NCBI GenBank assembly: GCA_964546605.1
Contig: CAZJKK010000001.1
Location: forward strand, 3,042 to 67,041
Length of the DNA stretch: 64,000 nucleotides
Direction: 5' to 3'
From: an uncultured Clostridia bacterium
Lineage (GTDB): Bacteria > Bacillota > Clostridia > Tissierellales > Sedimentibacteraceae
Numbering within the stretch: position 1 is the first letter of the stretch; every line of letters begins with the position of its first letter. Below the pieces are notes generated by a model. That model was not told the DNA's origin, ran no database searches, and saw only the letters and a program-made list of their open reading frames with translations. Made by a program: the position numbers and the translations under genes. Of the stretch, positions 30,876-40,976 are shown in pieces.

Positions 30876-32669
30876 ATGAGTATAAAAAAAGAAAAAATAA
30901 AAGTCTATGATATGACTTGTACATCGTGTGAGACAAAAGTTGAAAAAGCTTTATTAAACACAGAAGGAGTCATAACTGCAAAGGCAAGTTATAGTAGTGA
31001 ATTAGCTGAAGTTGAATACGACGAAAATATATGCAATAAAAACAAAATAAGAGAATCAATCATAAGTGCAGGATATAGCATTAATAAATCAAAAGACAAT
31101 AAATGGCTGGGGATAATAATTATTGCAGCTGCCATAATGTTACTTGGCTTTAATACAGCTGGTTTTGATATGGAAAACATGTTGTCAGGAGCTTCCTATG
31201 CAGTATTATTTATTGCGGGGTTACTTACATCTATCCATTGTGTGGGTATGTGTGGAGGAATAATGCTTTCACAAACTGTAGGTAAAGAAAGCAGTTCAAA
31301 GTTTGAAGCCATACGACCATCATTATTATATAATGCAGGAAGAATAATTTCCTATACAATTTTAGGCGGAATTATTGGGGCAGTAGGTTCAGTATTTTCA
31401 CTTTCCTTTAAGTCTAAGGCGGCTGTCCAAATTATTGCAGGTATTTTCATGATAATAATGGGCTTAAACATGTCAGGTTTCAGTATATTCAGGAAGCTTC
31501 AAATAACCATGCCAAAATCATTTTGCAAATTTAAAAATAAATCTTCCTCGCCATTTATTGTAGGATTATTAAATGGATTTATGCCATGTGGACCTTTACA
31601 AACAATGCAAATATTTGCTCTTGGCACAGGAAGTCCTATAAAAGGAGCTTTATCAATGCTTGTATTTTCATTAGGTACAGTTCCTTTAATGCTTACATTT
31701 GGGGCTATTTCTGGAATGCTAAGCAAGGGTTACACTAAGAAAATTCTAAAGCTAAGTGGTGTTATGATAATAGTATTGGGACTTATTATGGGAAACAGAG
31801 GCCTTTCAATACTTGGTATAAATTTAAATCCGGTAACAGCTATGGCTTTAAGCAAAACAGTAGACAATAGTGTTAACAGCAATGTTGCAAAAGCTGTATT
31901 ACAAGATGGGGTACAAGTTATTAACATGACTGCAGATAACAAAGGCTTTACTCCAAATGCATTTTATGTTCAAAAAGGAATTCCTGTAAAATGGATAATT
32001 GATGGCAAGGAAATGAATACTTGTAATAATGCTATAATAATTCCATCCTTAAATAAGGAATTTAAAATAAACAAAGGTGAAAATATCATGGAATTCATGC
32101 CTAGTGAAAAAGATATGAATTTCAGCTGCTGGATGGGGATGATTAATGGTGTAATAAAGGTAGTTGATGAACTTGAAAAGGTAGACACATCTATACCGGA
32201 CCCAACACTTCCGCCTCCTTCCACAGGACCTAGCTGCTGTGCAAGGCCGCTAGATGAACAGCCATCAAATTATGTTCCAAGACCAAGCATTTATGGTGAT
32301 GATCTTTCAAAGGTTCCTACGGAAATGCTTATAGGCAAAGCTAAAGACAATAGCATTACCATAGCAGGTATAGGCTATGAGCTCAAACCTTTGGTTTCAG
32401 TTGTAAATAAAGGTACAACAACTAAAATTTCATTTGATTTTAATGAATTTGACGTTCAAGGACAATATGCTATAGTGGATGGATTAACAGGAGAAGCTGC
32501 TATTGTGTTTGAAGGAAAAAAGGGAATTAATGAGGTTGAATTTAAATCTGGAGAATCTGAAATTTATGGTATACTTAACGGCAGCACGCTCATAGGAATA
32601 ATTGCAGCTGTGGATGATGCAGATAATGCAGATTTAGAAGCAATAAGAAAAAATTTCATAGTTGAATAA
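30876..32669 (+). CDS. HMA + DsbD_2/TauE-like membrane domain + cupredoxin-like heavy-metal protein
   Basis: MTCTSC HMA motif; HCVGMCGG and GFMPCG; CNN and FSCWMGM; extra C-terminal region with PSCC. Confidence 0.88.
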   Translation: MSIKKEKIKVYDMTCTSCETKVEKALLNTEGVITAKASYSSELAEVEYDENICNKNKIRESIISAGYSINKSKDNKWLGIIIIAAAIMLLGFNTAGFDMENMLSGASYAVLFIAGLLTSIHCVGMCGGIMLSQTVGKESSSKFEAIRPSLLYNAGRIISYTILGGIIGAVGSVFSLSFKSKAAVQIIAGIFMIIMGLNMSGFSIFRKLQITMPKSFCKFKNKSSSPFIVGLLNGFMPCGPLQTMQIFALGTGSPIKGALSMLVFSLGTVPLMLTFGAISGMLSKGYTKKILKLSGVMIIVLGLIMGNRGLSILGINLNPVTAMALSKTVDNSVNSNVAKAVLQDGVQVINMTADNKGFTPNAFYVQKGIPVKWIIDGKEMNTCNNAIIIPSLNKEFKINKGENIMEFMPSEKDMNFSCWMGMINGVIKVVDELEKVDTSIPDPTLPPPSTGPSCCARPLDEQPSNYVPRPSIYGDDLSKVPTEMLIGKAKDNSITIAGIGYELKPLVSVVNKGTTTKISFDFNEFDVQGQYAIVDGLTGEAAIVFEGKKGINEVEFKSGESEIYGILNGSTLIGIIAAVDDADNADLEAIRKNFIVE

Positions 32670-32673
32670 CTAC

Positions 32674-32729
32674 GGGGACATTCCTTAATGCCTACTCCAA
32701 CGAATATCTCTACATTAAGGTGTGTCCCC
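32674..32729. repeat. GGGGAC...GTCCCC palindromic element
   Basis: GGGGACATTCCTTAATG...CATTAAGGTGTGTCCCC; half-site echoed at 46589-46610. Confidence 0.6.
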
Positions 32730-32829
32730 ACACTTTTCTCGGATTCTCCCTTTTTCTTATCACATTCTATGTTCTTGACAGTTAAACATTAAAAATATAT
32801 TATTAATCAATAAAGTAAATGGAGCTAGT

Positions 32830-33507
32830 ATGAAAAACATTTTAATTATAGAAGATGATGAAAGAGTTTCAGAGGTCATAAAGGCATACTTACAAAAAGA
32901 AGGGTACCGTATATTTGTTGCCGCAAAAGGAATGGAAGGAATAGAAATAGCGAGAAAAGAGAATTTAAGCTTAATTATTCTTGATTTAATGCTTCCAGAC
33001 ATAAGTGGAGAAGAGACATGTAAAATAATCAGGGAAATTTCAGATGTACACATATTCATGCTAACAGCAAAAGGTTCCTTAACCGAAAAAATTGAAGGAT
33101 TAAATATGGGTGCAGACGAATATCTTGTGAAACCCTTCAGCCCAAGAGAATTAACAGCAAGAATAAATGCATTGTTTAGGAGATTAGATAAGAACAAAAT
33201 AAATTCAGTTTATAATGACGGTTATTTAGAAATAAACTATGAAAAAAGAACAGTCAAAATTCAAGGCGGAGAAATCTCTATGACACCAAATGAATTTAAC
33301 ATTTTATATGTCTTAGCATTAAACAAGGGCAATGTATTGTCCAGAGATCAGCTCATAGATAAAGTGTTTGGACTTGAATTTTCCGGCTATGACAGAACAA
33401 TAGACGTACACATTAAAAATATTCGTAAAAAAATCGAACTGGATACTAAAAATCCAAAATATATTATCACTGTAACAAAAATGGGCTATAAGTTTGGCGG
33501 TGATTAA
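32830..33507 (+). CDS. OmpR-family response regulator
   Basis: EDD, LDLMLPD, GADEYLVKPFSPREL, RTIDVHIKNIRKK, GYKF. Confidence 0.95.
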   Translation: MKNILIIEDDERVSEVIKAYLQKEGYRIFVAAKGMEGIEIARKENLSLIILDLMLPDISGEETCKIIREISDVHIFMLTAKGSLTEKIEGLNMGADEYLVKPFSPRELTARINALFRRLDKNKINSVYNDGYLEINYEKRTVKIQGGEISMTPNEFNILYVLALNKGNVLSRDQLIDKVFGLEFSGYDRTIDVHIKNIRKKIELDTKNPKYIITVTKMGYKFGGD

Positions 33508-34881
33508 ATGGAAACAATAAGAAAAAAATTAAATAAATTATTGGTGGCATGCTCTGTTGCTGCAGTACTTTTAACAATGATATTTGTTAATATTACAATA
33601 ATTCATATTTTTCAAGATTATATGGCTGATGTTCAAAATAAAAGGTATGAAAGAATTGTTACATATTTGGAAGAGGAATACGAAGAAAAGGGTCAATGGA
33701 GTGAAAACACCGGCATAGAATTAATGCACGAAGCATACATGAGCAATTATAATTTAACATTGCTTGATGAAAACAACAAAGTAGTTTGGGGAATGAACCC
33801 AATGGATATAAGAAATAAGCTTCATTTGGAAAACATGAAGGTTGAAGAACAAGGAGTATATACAACAAATAAATTTAAGCTTACTAATATGGATAAAATA
33901 GTGGGTTATGTAGAAGTTGGTCAATATACACCTCTATTGATGACAGAAGAGGATGAATTGTTTAAACTTTCTATTAATAAGAGCATTGCCTTAGGCGGTG
34001 TTATATCACTGGTAATAATAACTGCAGCAAGCATGTATTTTTCAAAGCCCATATCAGCACCCATAAAAAATGTTGCCAATATGTCTGTAAAGCTTTCAAT
34101 GGGTGAATTTAAGGAAAAATCAAATATACAAACAAATATAGCTGAAATTGTTGATTTAAGAAACAGCATGAATATATTGGCTGATAAGCTTAACAAACAA
34201 GATATGCTTAGAAGAAGGCTCATTTCTGATATGAATCACGAAATTAGGACACCTCTGAATGTGCTTCAGAATAACCTTGAAGCCATGATAGATGGTGTAT
34301 TCCCAGTCACACAGGAAAGGCTTGTACGTTTAAATGATGAAATTATTAGATTTGGTAAGCTATTGGACAATTTAGATAAACTAAAGGAATTTGAATCTGA
34401 AAGCTTAAAGCTTAATTTTAAGCCTATTAATCTTTATAATTTGTTGGAGAATATTTATAATGATTTTTTAACCCAAGCAGAAAATAACGGTATATCACTT
34501 AAGTTAAATAAAGAAGATAATGATTATTTAATTTTGGGTGATATGGATAAGCTAAGTCAGGTATTTATTAATATATTAAACAATGCAATAAAATTTACTA
34601 ATGAATCTGGTGATATATTCATTAGCATATATAAAGAACACAATAAAATAAAAGTGGAAATAAAGGATACAGGAATTGGTATAAAGGAAGAAGACTTACC
34701 ATTTATATTTGAGCGAATGTACAGGGGAGATAAAAGTAGACAACAAACAGTAGGCAGCGGACTTGGTCTTACAATTGCCAAAAATATATTGGATGTACAT
34801 TCAGCATCCATTGAAGTGGAAAGCAAAGAAAATTATGGCTCAACTTTCAAAATAACCTTCAATTCCATAGAAATAGCTTGA
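33508..34881 (+). CDS. membrane sensor histidine kinase (HAMP)
   Basis: 2 TM, HEIRTPL, NILNNAIKF, DTGIGI, GSGLGL. Confidence 0.95.
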   Translation: METIRKKLNKLLVACSVAAVLLTMIFVNITIIHIFQDYMADVQNKRYERIVTYLEEEYEEKGQWSENTGIELMHEAYMSNYNLTLLDENNKVVWGMNPMDIRNKLHLENMKVEEQGVYTTNKFKLTNMDKIVGYVEVGQYTPLLMTEEDELFKLSINKSIALGGVISLVIITAASMYFSKPISAPIKNVANMSVKLSMGEFKEKSNIQTNIAEIVDLRNSMNILADKLNKQDMLRRRLISDMNHEIRTPLNVLQNNLEAMIDGVFPVTQERLVRLNDEIIRFGKLLDNLDKLKEFESESLKLNFKPINLYNLLENIYNDFLTQAENNGISLKLNKEDNDYLILGDMDKLSQVFINILNNAIKFTNESGDIFISIYKEHNKIKVEIKDTGIGIKEEDLPFIFERMYRGDKSRQQTVGSGLGLTIAKNILDVHSASIEVESKENYGSTFKITFNSIEIA

Positions 34882-34895
34882 ATTAATTAATATAA

Positions 34896-34933
34896 TGGTT
34901 TAAAATTAAACCAAATGGATTAATAATAAACCA
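34896..34933. promoter_or_regulatory. tandem 18-bp palindromes, candidate UAS
   Basis: TGGTTTAAAATTAAACCA and TGGATTAATAATAAACCA separated by 2 bp. Confidence 0.7.
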
Positions 34934-34955
34934 ATGAGAGTGTTAGCATTCTATT

Positions 34956-35008
34956 ACTGCAGCAAAATGGAATAATATTGTTCCAATTTTGCTGCGGTTT
35001 ATTTTTTT
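34956..35008 (+). terminator. terminator of the two-component operon
   Basis: ACTGCAGCAAAATGGAA...TTCCAATTTTGCTGCGGT + T run. Confidence 0.75.
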
Positions 35009-35044
35009 GCAAACAAAAATATATTGAAGTTGAGCCATTATTAA

Positions 35045-35061
35045 TTGGCACAATTTATGCA
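35045..35061 (+). promoter_or_regulatory. sigma54 -24/-12 promoter
   Basis: TTGGCACAATTTATGCA (GG-N10-GC). Confidence 0.85.
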
Positions 35062-35082
35062 AATATAATAGTGAGGGATACT

Positions 35083-36630
35083 ATGGAAGCAAGAAAAATC
35101 AAATTAACAGCAGTTGAGGACAGACCTCATTTAACATATGAGGCATTGTCTGTATTGCACAAATATGATGTAGGATTGATTTGGATGGAGGTATATGCTT
35201 TTGTTGCCTACATAAAATTAATGCCTGTGGAAGATGAAATTTGGGAAAAAATTAGGAAAGAGCTTGAGGCTTTAAGTGGATGGGCAACATTAGAGGAAAT
35301 TGAACTTTTTCCATTTGAAGAAAAAGATACTGAAATGAAAAATGTTCTTGATGTTATTCCTCATGGCGTTACCTTATTAAGTAGATTGGGAGATATTAAG
35401 TATTGCAACAACTATGCTGCAGAAAAAATTTTTAATACACAGGGCAAGGATATAACAGGGGTAAATATTAATAAATATTTTGAATCTAATAAGCTTTTGG
35501 AGCCATTAAGAGGACGTTCTAAAAAAAGTATTGTGAAAGAAAAGATGTATGTGGGAAACCAGTTGTATGAGGTTAATTTGCAGCCAGTTACAAATGAGGA
35601 AAACGTATTAAGTAGCTTTTTATTGTCATTTTATGATATAGACTTAGATGTTTATGACAGATATGACAACCCCATAACATTTAATGATATTATAGGTGAA
35701 AGCAGTAAAATGCTTGAAGCTGTTAAACAAGGTAAGCTTTATTCTAAATCCGACTCTCCTGTTTTAATAACCGGGGAAAGTGGTACAGGCAAGGAGCTTT
35801 TTGCGCGAGCCATTCATAATGAAAGCAATAGAAAAAATAAGCCCTTTATAGCCATAAACTGTGCTGCTATACCTGACCAACTTTTGGAAAGCGAGCTTTT
35901 TGGTTACGAGGGTGGCACATTTACAGGTGGCAGGAAGGAAGGAAAGGCAGGAATTTTTGAAATTGCTCATGGTGGAACGGTATTTTTAGATGAAATTGGC
36001 GATATGGCACCTCATCTTCAAGCTAAGCTTTTAAGAGTTCTTCAGGAGAAAAAGGTTAGAAGAGTGGGAGGGGCAGATGAAGTAACAGTAAATGTGAGAC
36101 TAATTTCAGCTACAAATCAAAATATTGACAGCATGGTTAAAAATAAGGAGTTTAGGCTTGATCTTTTATTTAGAATTAATATTTTTAACATTAATATTCC
36201 TCCATTAAGAGAAAGGAAGGAGGACCTTCCCATACTTTATGAGCATTATGTGAAGGCACATTCACTCAGATATCAAAAGAGCATTGTTGGCATAGAAAAG
36301 GATGCCATGAGAAATCTTATTAATTACAATTGGCCGGGCAATGTGAGGGAATTTCAGAATGTGTTGGAAAGAGCAGTAGCTTTATCCTCTGCAAGGGAAA
36401 TAAAGTTGAAGGATATTTTCCTGAATTATAACCTTGTTGTAGAAGATATTGAAACAAATTCATTAAAGGAATATGTGGAAAATATTGAAAAGAAAAAAAT
36501 AGAGGATGTTTTAAAACAAACAAAGAGCATAAGAGAAGCAGCCAGAAGTTTAAATGTAACTCATACACTATTAATAAACAGAATAAAAAAATACAACATA
36601 AATTTAAAAAATTTATCTAATTTCAACTAA
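35083..36630 (+). CDS. TyrR/PhhR-like sigma54 activator (ACT-like + PAS + AAA+ + HTH)
   Basis: GESGTGKE, GTFTGG, WPGNVRE, C-terminal SIREAARSLNVTHT HTH; RBS GAGGG before ATG 35083. Confidence 0.9.
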   Translation: MEARKIKLTAVEDRPHLTYEALSVLHKYDVGLIWMEVYAFVAYIKLMPVEDEIWEKIRKELEALSGWATLEEIELFPFEEKDTEMKNVLDVIPHGVTLLSRLGDIKYCNNYAAEKIFNTQGKDITGVNINKYFESNKLLEPLRGRSKKSIVKEKMYVGNQLYEVNLQPVTNEENVLSSFLLSFYDIDLDVYDRYDNPITFNDIIGESSKMLEAVKQGKLYSKSDSPVLITGESGTGKELFARAIHNESNRKNKPFIAINCAAIPDQLLESELFGYEGGTFTGGRKEGKAGIFEIAHGGTVFLDEIGDMAPHLQAKLLRVLQEKKVRRVGGADEVTVNVRLISATNQNIDSMVKNKEFRLDLLFRINIFNINIPPLRERKEDLPILYEHYVKAHSLRYQKSIVGIEKDAMRNLINYNWPGNVREFQNVLERAVALSSAREIKLKDIFLNYNLVVEDIETNSLKEYVENIEKKKIEDVLKQTKSIREAARSLNVTHTLLINRIKKYNINLKNLSNFN

Positions 36631-36645
36631 TTAAATGGAGGTATT

Positions 36646-37842
36646 ATGGATAAAGAAAAATTAAGCAAAATGAAATTTGCAACAAAGGCAGTTCATGCGG
36701 GCTATAGGAAAAATGAGTATGGAGCCTTGGCAACACCTATTTATCAAACTTCAACCTTTATTTTTGATTCAGCAGAGCAGGGAGGCAGAAGATTTGCCTT
36801 AGAAGAAGAGGGCTATATTTACACAAGACTTGGCAATCCTACATGCTCTCAGGTTGAAGATAAGCTTGCTTGCCTAGAAAACGCAGAAGCAGCTGTGGCA
36901 ATGTCTTCAGGAATGGGTGCCATTACATCTGTTTTATGGACTCAATTAAAGGCAGGGGATCATGTGGTTGCAGCAAAAACATTGTACGGATGTACATTTG
37001 CTTTTTTAAATCATGGTTTATCCCGCTTTGGTGTGGAAACAACATTTGTTGATACTTCAGACCCTGAAAATGTACGAAAGGCAATGAAAGAGAATACTAA
37101 GGTTGTATATTTGGAAAGCCCGGCAAATCCAAACATGCTTATTTCAGATATAGAAGAAATATCTAAAATTGCTCATTTAAACGAAGGTTGTATAGTTGTT
37201 GTTGACAACACATATTGTACTCCATATATTCAAAGACCTTTAGAATTAGGGGCAGATGTGGTTGTTCATTCAGCAACAAAATATTTAAATGGACATGGGG
37301 ATGTTATAGCAGGATTTGCTGCAGGCAAAAGAGATTTTATAAATCAAGTTAGATTTGTAGGCATAAAGGATATGACAGGATCTGTAATGAGCCCATTTGA
37401 TTCATATTTAATTAACAGAGGAATGAAGACACTAGAAATAAGAATGGAAAGGCATTGTGCTAATGCACAAAAGGTTGCTGAATTTTTAGAAACTCACAGT
37501 AACGTTGAAAGCATTGCTTATCCAGGTTTAAAAAGCTTCCCTCAATATGAGCTGGCTAAAAAGCAAATGCTATTGCCAGGAGCAATGATTGCTTTTGAAG
37601 TAAAGGGTGGATTAGAGGCAGGAAGAAAGTTAATGAATACCTTGGAGCTATGTACTCTTGCAGTAAGCCTTGGAGATACAGAAACATTAATTCAACATCC
37701 AGCATCCATGACTCACTCACCGTATACGCCTGAGGAAAGAGCATTGTCAGGGATATCAGAGGGACTTGTGAGACTATCTGTTGGACTTGAAAATGTTGAT
37801 GACATAATAGCAGATTTAAAGCAGGCGTTGGATAAATTATAA
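36646..37842 (+). CDS. megL: methionine gamma-lyase
   Basis: [63 protein letters not shown]. Confidence 0.93.
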   Translation: MDKEKLSKMKFATKAVHAGYRKNEYGALATPIYQTSTFIFDSAEQGGRRFALEEEGYIYTRLGNPTCSQVEDKLACLENAEAAVAMSSGMGAITSVLWTQLKAGDHVVAAKTLYGCTFAFLNHGLSRFGVETTFVDTSDPENVRKAMKENTKVVYLESPANPNMLISDIEEISKIAHLNEGCIVVVDNTYCTPYIQRPLELGADVVVHSATKYLNGHGDVIAGFAAGKRDFINQVRFVGIKDMTGSVMSPFDSYLINRGMKTLEIRMERHCANAQKVAEFLETHSNVESIAYPGLKSFPQYELAKKQMLLPGAMIAFEVKGGLEAGRKLMNTLELCTLAVSLGDTETLIQHPASMTHSPYTPEERALSGISEGLVRLSVGLENVDDIIADLKQALDKL

Positions 37843-37888
37843 GCATAGTCTATGAAATTTTATTCAGATGTTACTACCTGATTTTTAT

Positions 37889-37927
37889 AAAAACAGACCG
37901 TTCAACTTTATAGTAGGGTCTGTTTTT
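37889..37927 (+). terminator. terminator after megL
   Basis: AAAACAGACC...GGTCTGTTTTT. Confidence 0.7.
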
Positions 37928-37967
37928 ATTTATGTAAATTAAAATATTTTTGTGTAATTTTAATTTG

Positions 37968-37996
37968 TTGACTTATTAGTGCTTTACATTTAAAAT
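37968..37996 (+). promoter_or_regulatory. sigmaA promoter of tup/moco operon
   Basis: TTGACT-17 bp-TAAAAT. Confidence 0.7.
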
Positions 37997-38011
37997 TATC
38001 ATAGTGGAAAT

Positions 38012-38105
38012 ATTCTCCGAGCTTTTTTATCTAAGGCATTGCTATGATAAAAAGCCGTTAGGGTCTAGCCGGAAACAGTTAGGCCTCCCGCTGGAAAGGA
38101 GATTG
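38012..38105 (+). ncRNA. Moco/Tuco riboswitch (P3-less, tungsten-type)
   Basis: CTCCGAG...CTAAG..TATG...AGGG...GGAAAC...GCCTCCCG..GGAAAGGAG, upstream of tupA and cofactor genes. Confidence 0.9.
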
Positions 38106-38151
38106 CTTTTTTTGCATCTCTTTTCATACATAATATGAGAGGAGTTTTTTT

Positions 38152-39045
38152 ATGAAAAAACAAATTAAAAACTTGTTGGTATTATTGCTTTCATTAATAA
38201 TGGTATTTTCATTGACAGCATGCCAAAATGAACAGCCACAAGCACCAGCAGAACAACCAAAAGAGGAACCAAAAGAGGAACCAAAACAAGAAGCAGAAGA
38301 AAGAAGCTTTATTTTGGCAACTACAACAAGTACACAAGATTCAGGATTATTAGATTATTTGTTGCCAATATTTAAAGAAAAAACAGGCATTCAAGTAAAT
38401 GTTGTAGCTAAAGGAACAGGGGCAGCTCTTGAGCTTGCTAAAAACGGCGATGCTGACGGCGTATTAGTACATGCTAAAAGTCAGGAGGAAGCATTCATAG
38501 CTGAAGGCTTTGCAAAGGAAAGATTTGATGTAATGTACAACGACTACATTATTGTAGGACCGGAAGCTGATCCGGCAGGAATAATTGCAAATGCACCAAA
38601 CGACCCAATAAAAGCATTTTCGCTTATGTCTGAAAATAAAGCAACATTCATTTCCAGAGGAGATGAATCAGGTACTCATACAAAGGAAAAATCTTATTGG
38701 AAGGATCTTGAAATAACTCCGGAAGGTGAATGGTATGTGGAAGCAGGTACAGGTATGGGAGCAGTGCTTCAAATGGCTTCTGAAAAACAAGGCTACACAT
38801 TATCTGACAGAGCTACTTACCTTTCTATGAAGGATGAGCTTGATCTTGTTATAGTAACAGAAAAGAACGATAAAATGTACAATCAATATGGGGTGATGAT
38901 GGTTAATCCGGAAAAATACCCTATAAAGGAAGCTGAAGTTAAGGAATTTATGGACTGGATATTATCTGAAGAAGGACAAAAGCTTATAGCTGAATACGGA
39001 GTTGAAGAATTCGGTCAATCGTTATTTATTCCAAATGCAAAATAA
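38152..39045 (+). CDS. tupA: tungstate ABC transporter substrate-binding lipoprotein
   Basis: Lipobox LTAC; ATTTSTQDSGLL, GTG.AL, VHA, SRGDESGTH. Confidence 0.93.
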   Translation: MKKQIKNLLVLLLSLIMVFSLTACQNEQPQAPAEQPKEEPKEEPKQEAEERSFILATTTSTQDSGLLDYLLPIFKEKTGIQVNVVAKGTGAALELAKNGDADGVLVHAKSQEEAFIAEGFAKERFDVMYNDYIIVGPEADPAGIIANAPNDPIKAFSLMSENKATFISRGDESGTHTKEKSYWKDLEITPEGEWYVEAGTGMGAVLQMASEKQGYTLSDRATYLSMKDELDLVIVTEKNDKMYNQYGVMMVNPEKYPIKEAEVKEFMDWILSEEGQKLIAEYGVEEFGQSLFIPNAK

Positions 39046-39056
39046 AAGAGGTTAAC

Positions 39057-39725
39057 ATGTTTGAATTTATTAAAAATTTCTTTGTTACATACAATGATAT
39101 ATTGCCTGTAGTAATGCTTTCTTTGAGAGTATCGCTGACATCTGCTCTTTTAGCAGCTGTTGTTGGATTAACTCTTGGAATAATAACGGCTTTAAATGAA
39201 TTCAAATTAAAAAAACCAATCATGAGGGTCACAAATACCCTCATGAGCTTACCTCCTGTTTTAATAGGGCTACTTGTTTATATGCTTATATCAAGAAAAG
39301 GTCCTTTAGGAAGCCTAAATATTTTATTTACTCCAACTGCCATGATAATTTCTCAATCACTTTTGGTTTTTCCCATTATTTTCGGACTTACTGTTTCTTC
39401 AATTTCTGAAGCAGCAAAGGACATTGAACTTACATGCATCTCATTGGGAGCAAGAAAAAAAGATACTATTATAACAATTGTATCTGAATGCAGAATGCAG
39501 CTTTTATCTGTTGTAACAGCAGGATTTGGAAGGGCTATTTCTGAGGTGGGAGCTGTTATGATGGTTGGAGGAAACATTAAAAATAATACTAGGGTTATGA
39601 CTACATACATTGCCCTTGAAACAGGCAAGGGAAATTTTGAAGAAGCCGTGTTCATTGGAATTGTACTTTTACTTATTTCATTTTTAGTGAACACATTATT
39701 ATACAGGATACAAAGGAGCGAATAA
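39057..39725 (+). CDS. tupB: tungstate ABC transporter permease
   Basis: LPPVLIGL, GFGRAISEVGAVMMVGGNI...TRVMTT. Confidence 0.92.
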   Translation: MFEFIKNFFVTYNDILPVVMLSLRVSLTSALLAAVVGLTLGIITALNEFKLKKPIMRVTNTLMSLPPVLIGLLVYMLISRKGPLGSLNILFTPTAMIISQSLLVFPIIFGLTVSSISEAAKDIELTCISLGARKKDTIITIVSECRMQLLSVVTAGFGRAISEVGAVMMVGGNIKNNTRVMTTYIALETGKGNFEEAVFIGIVLLLISFLVNTLLYRIQRSE

Positions 39726-40417
39726 TGATTATTTCTATTGAAAATGCAATAAAAGATTATGGAAACGCTCGTATCCTTGATATTGAAAAGCTTGAATTTA
39801 AAGAAGGAATTTATGTAATACTGGGGTCCAATGGCAGCGGTAAAAGCACATTGTTAAGCTGCATTTGCGGAATAACAAATTTAAGCAGCGGGAAAATATT
39901 GTACAATAACAAACCTTTTGACTTGGACATTAGAAATTCAATTTCTGTGCTTGTACAAAAACCATATTTGTTTAGAAAATCAGCTTATGAAAATATTATA
40001 AGCGGCTTGAAATTTAAAAAAATCAATAATGAAGATATAAAATTAAGGGTGCAAAAATATCTCAATTACTTTGATGTGGAACCACTTCTTAATAAAAAGT
40101 CCCATTGGCTATCTGGAGGAGAAAGAGCTAAAATAGCAATGCTACGTACAGCTGTTTTAGAAACAGATGTAACCATACTTGATGAGCCTACTGCTGCAAT
40201 GGATATTGAAAGCTCCATGAAGGCTGAGAAACTTTTAAAAAGTATGGCAAAGGACAAAAGAACGGTAATTGTAGTAACACATGATGTATATCAGGCAAAA
40301 AGAATAGCCGATTACGTAATATTTATGGATAAAGGGAAAATAATTGAAATGGGGCATAGGGATACAGTGCTTAACAATCCTAAGAATGCTCTTGTTAAAC
40401 AAATATTGAACATTTAA
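39725..40417 (+). CDS. tupC: tungstate ABC transporter ATPase
   Basis: GSNGSGKST, LSGGE, LDEPT; operon context. Confidence 0.88.
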   Translation: MIISIENAIKDYGNARILDIEKLEFKEGIYVILGSNGSGKSTLLSCICGITNLSSGKILYNNKPFDLDIRNSISVLVQKPYLFRKSAYENIISGLKFKKINNEDIKLRVQKYLNYFDVEPLLNKKSHWLSGGERAKIAMLRTAVLETDVTILDEPTAAMDIESSMKAEKLLKSMAKDKRTVIVVTHDVYQAKRIADYVIFMDKGKIIEMGHRDTVLNNPKNALVKQILNI

Positions 40418-40478
40418 GTATAACTTGAATATTGCTAAAAAACAAGTTATACTTTTTATATAAAAAATGGAGGCGCAT

Positions 40479-40967
40479 ATGATAAGAACTGGTATATTAA
40501 CAATAAGCGATAAAGGTTCAAGAGGCGAAAGAGTTGATTTAACTGGCCCTGCAATAAAAGAAGCATTAGACATGAAAATTTATTGCATAGAATATGAAAA
40601 AGTAATTCCAGATGAAATGGATTTAATATGTGAAGAATTAATATATATGGCAGATGAGCTAAATTTAGATTTAGTATTTACAAATGGAGGAACAGGATTT
40701 TCTAAAAGAGATGTTACCCCGGAAGCAACCATGAAGGTTATTAAAAGACATACCCCGGGAATTCCTGAAGCAATGAGACAAAAATCTTTAGAAATTACGC
40801 CAAAAGCAATGCTTTCAAGAGCAACTGCAGGTATAAGAGACAACACATTAATCATTAATTTGCCGGGAAGTCCCAAGGGAGCAGTTGAAAATCTAAGCTT
40901 TATACTGCCGGCACTCCCACACGGAATAGAAATATTAAAGGGCACAGGGGGAGAATGTGCCAGATAG
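40479..40967 (+). CDS. mog: molybdopterin adenylyltransferase (MogA/MoaB)
   Basis: TISDKG, GGTG...RDVTPEAT, LSR..AG, NLPGSPK. Confidence 0.92.
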   Translation: MIRTGILTISDKGSRGERVDLTGPAIKEALDMKIYCIEYEKVIPDEMDLICEELIYMADELNLDLVFTNGGTGFSKRDVTPEATMKVIKRHTPGIPEAMRQKSLEITPKAMLSRATAGIRDNTLIINLPGSPKGAVENLSFILPALPHGIEILKGTGGECAR

Positions 40968-40976
40968 GAGTTATAA

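Noticed and set aside
34978-35082. ORF-track N-terminal extension of the sigma54 activator
   Set aside because: It runs through a terminator and the sigma54 promoter; the RBS supports ATG 35083. Similar over-extended starts were trimmed for spoVG, the YkvI gene, topB and the MOSC gene
38251-38292. 12-bp tandem repeat in tupA (PKEE units)
   Set aside because: Ordinary low-complexity lipoprotein linker, in frame
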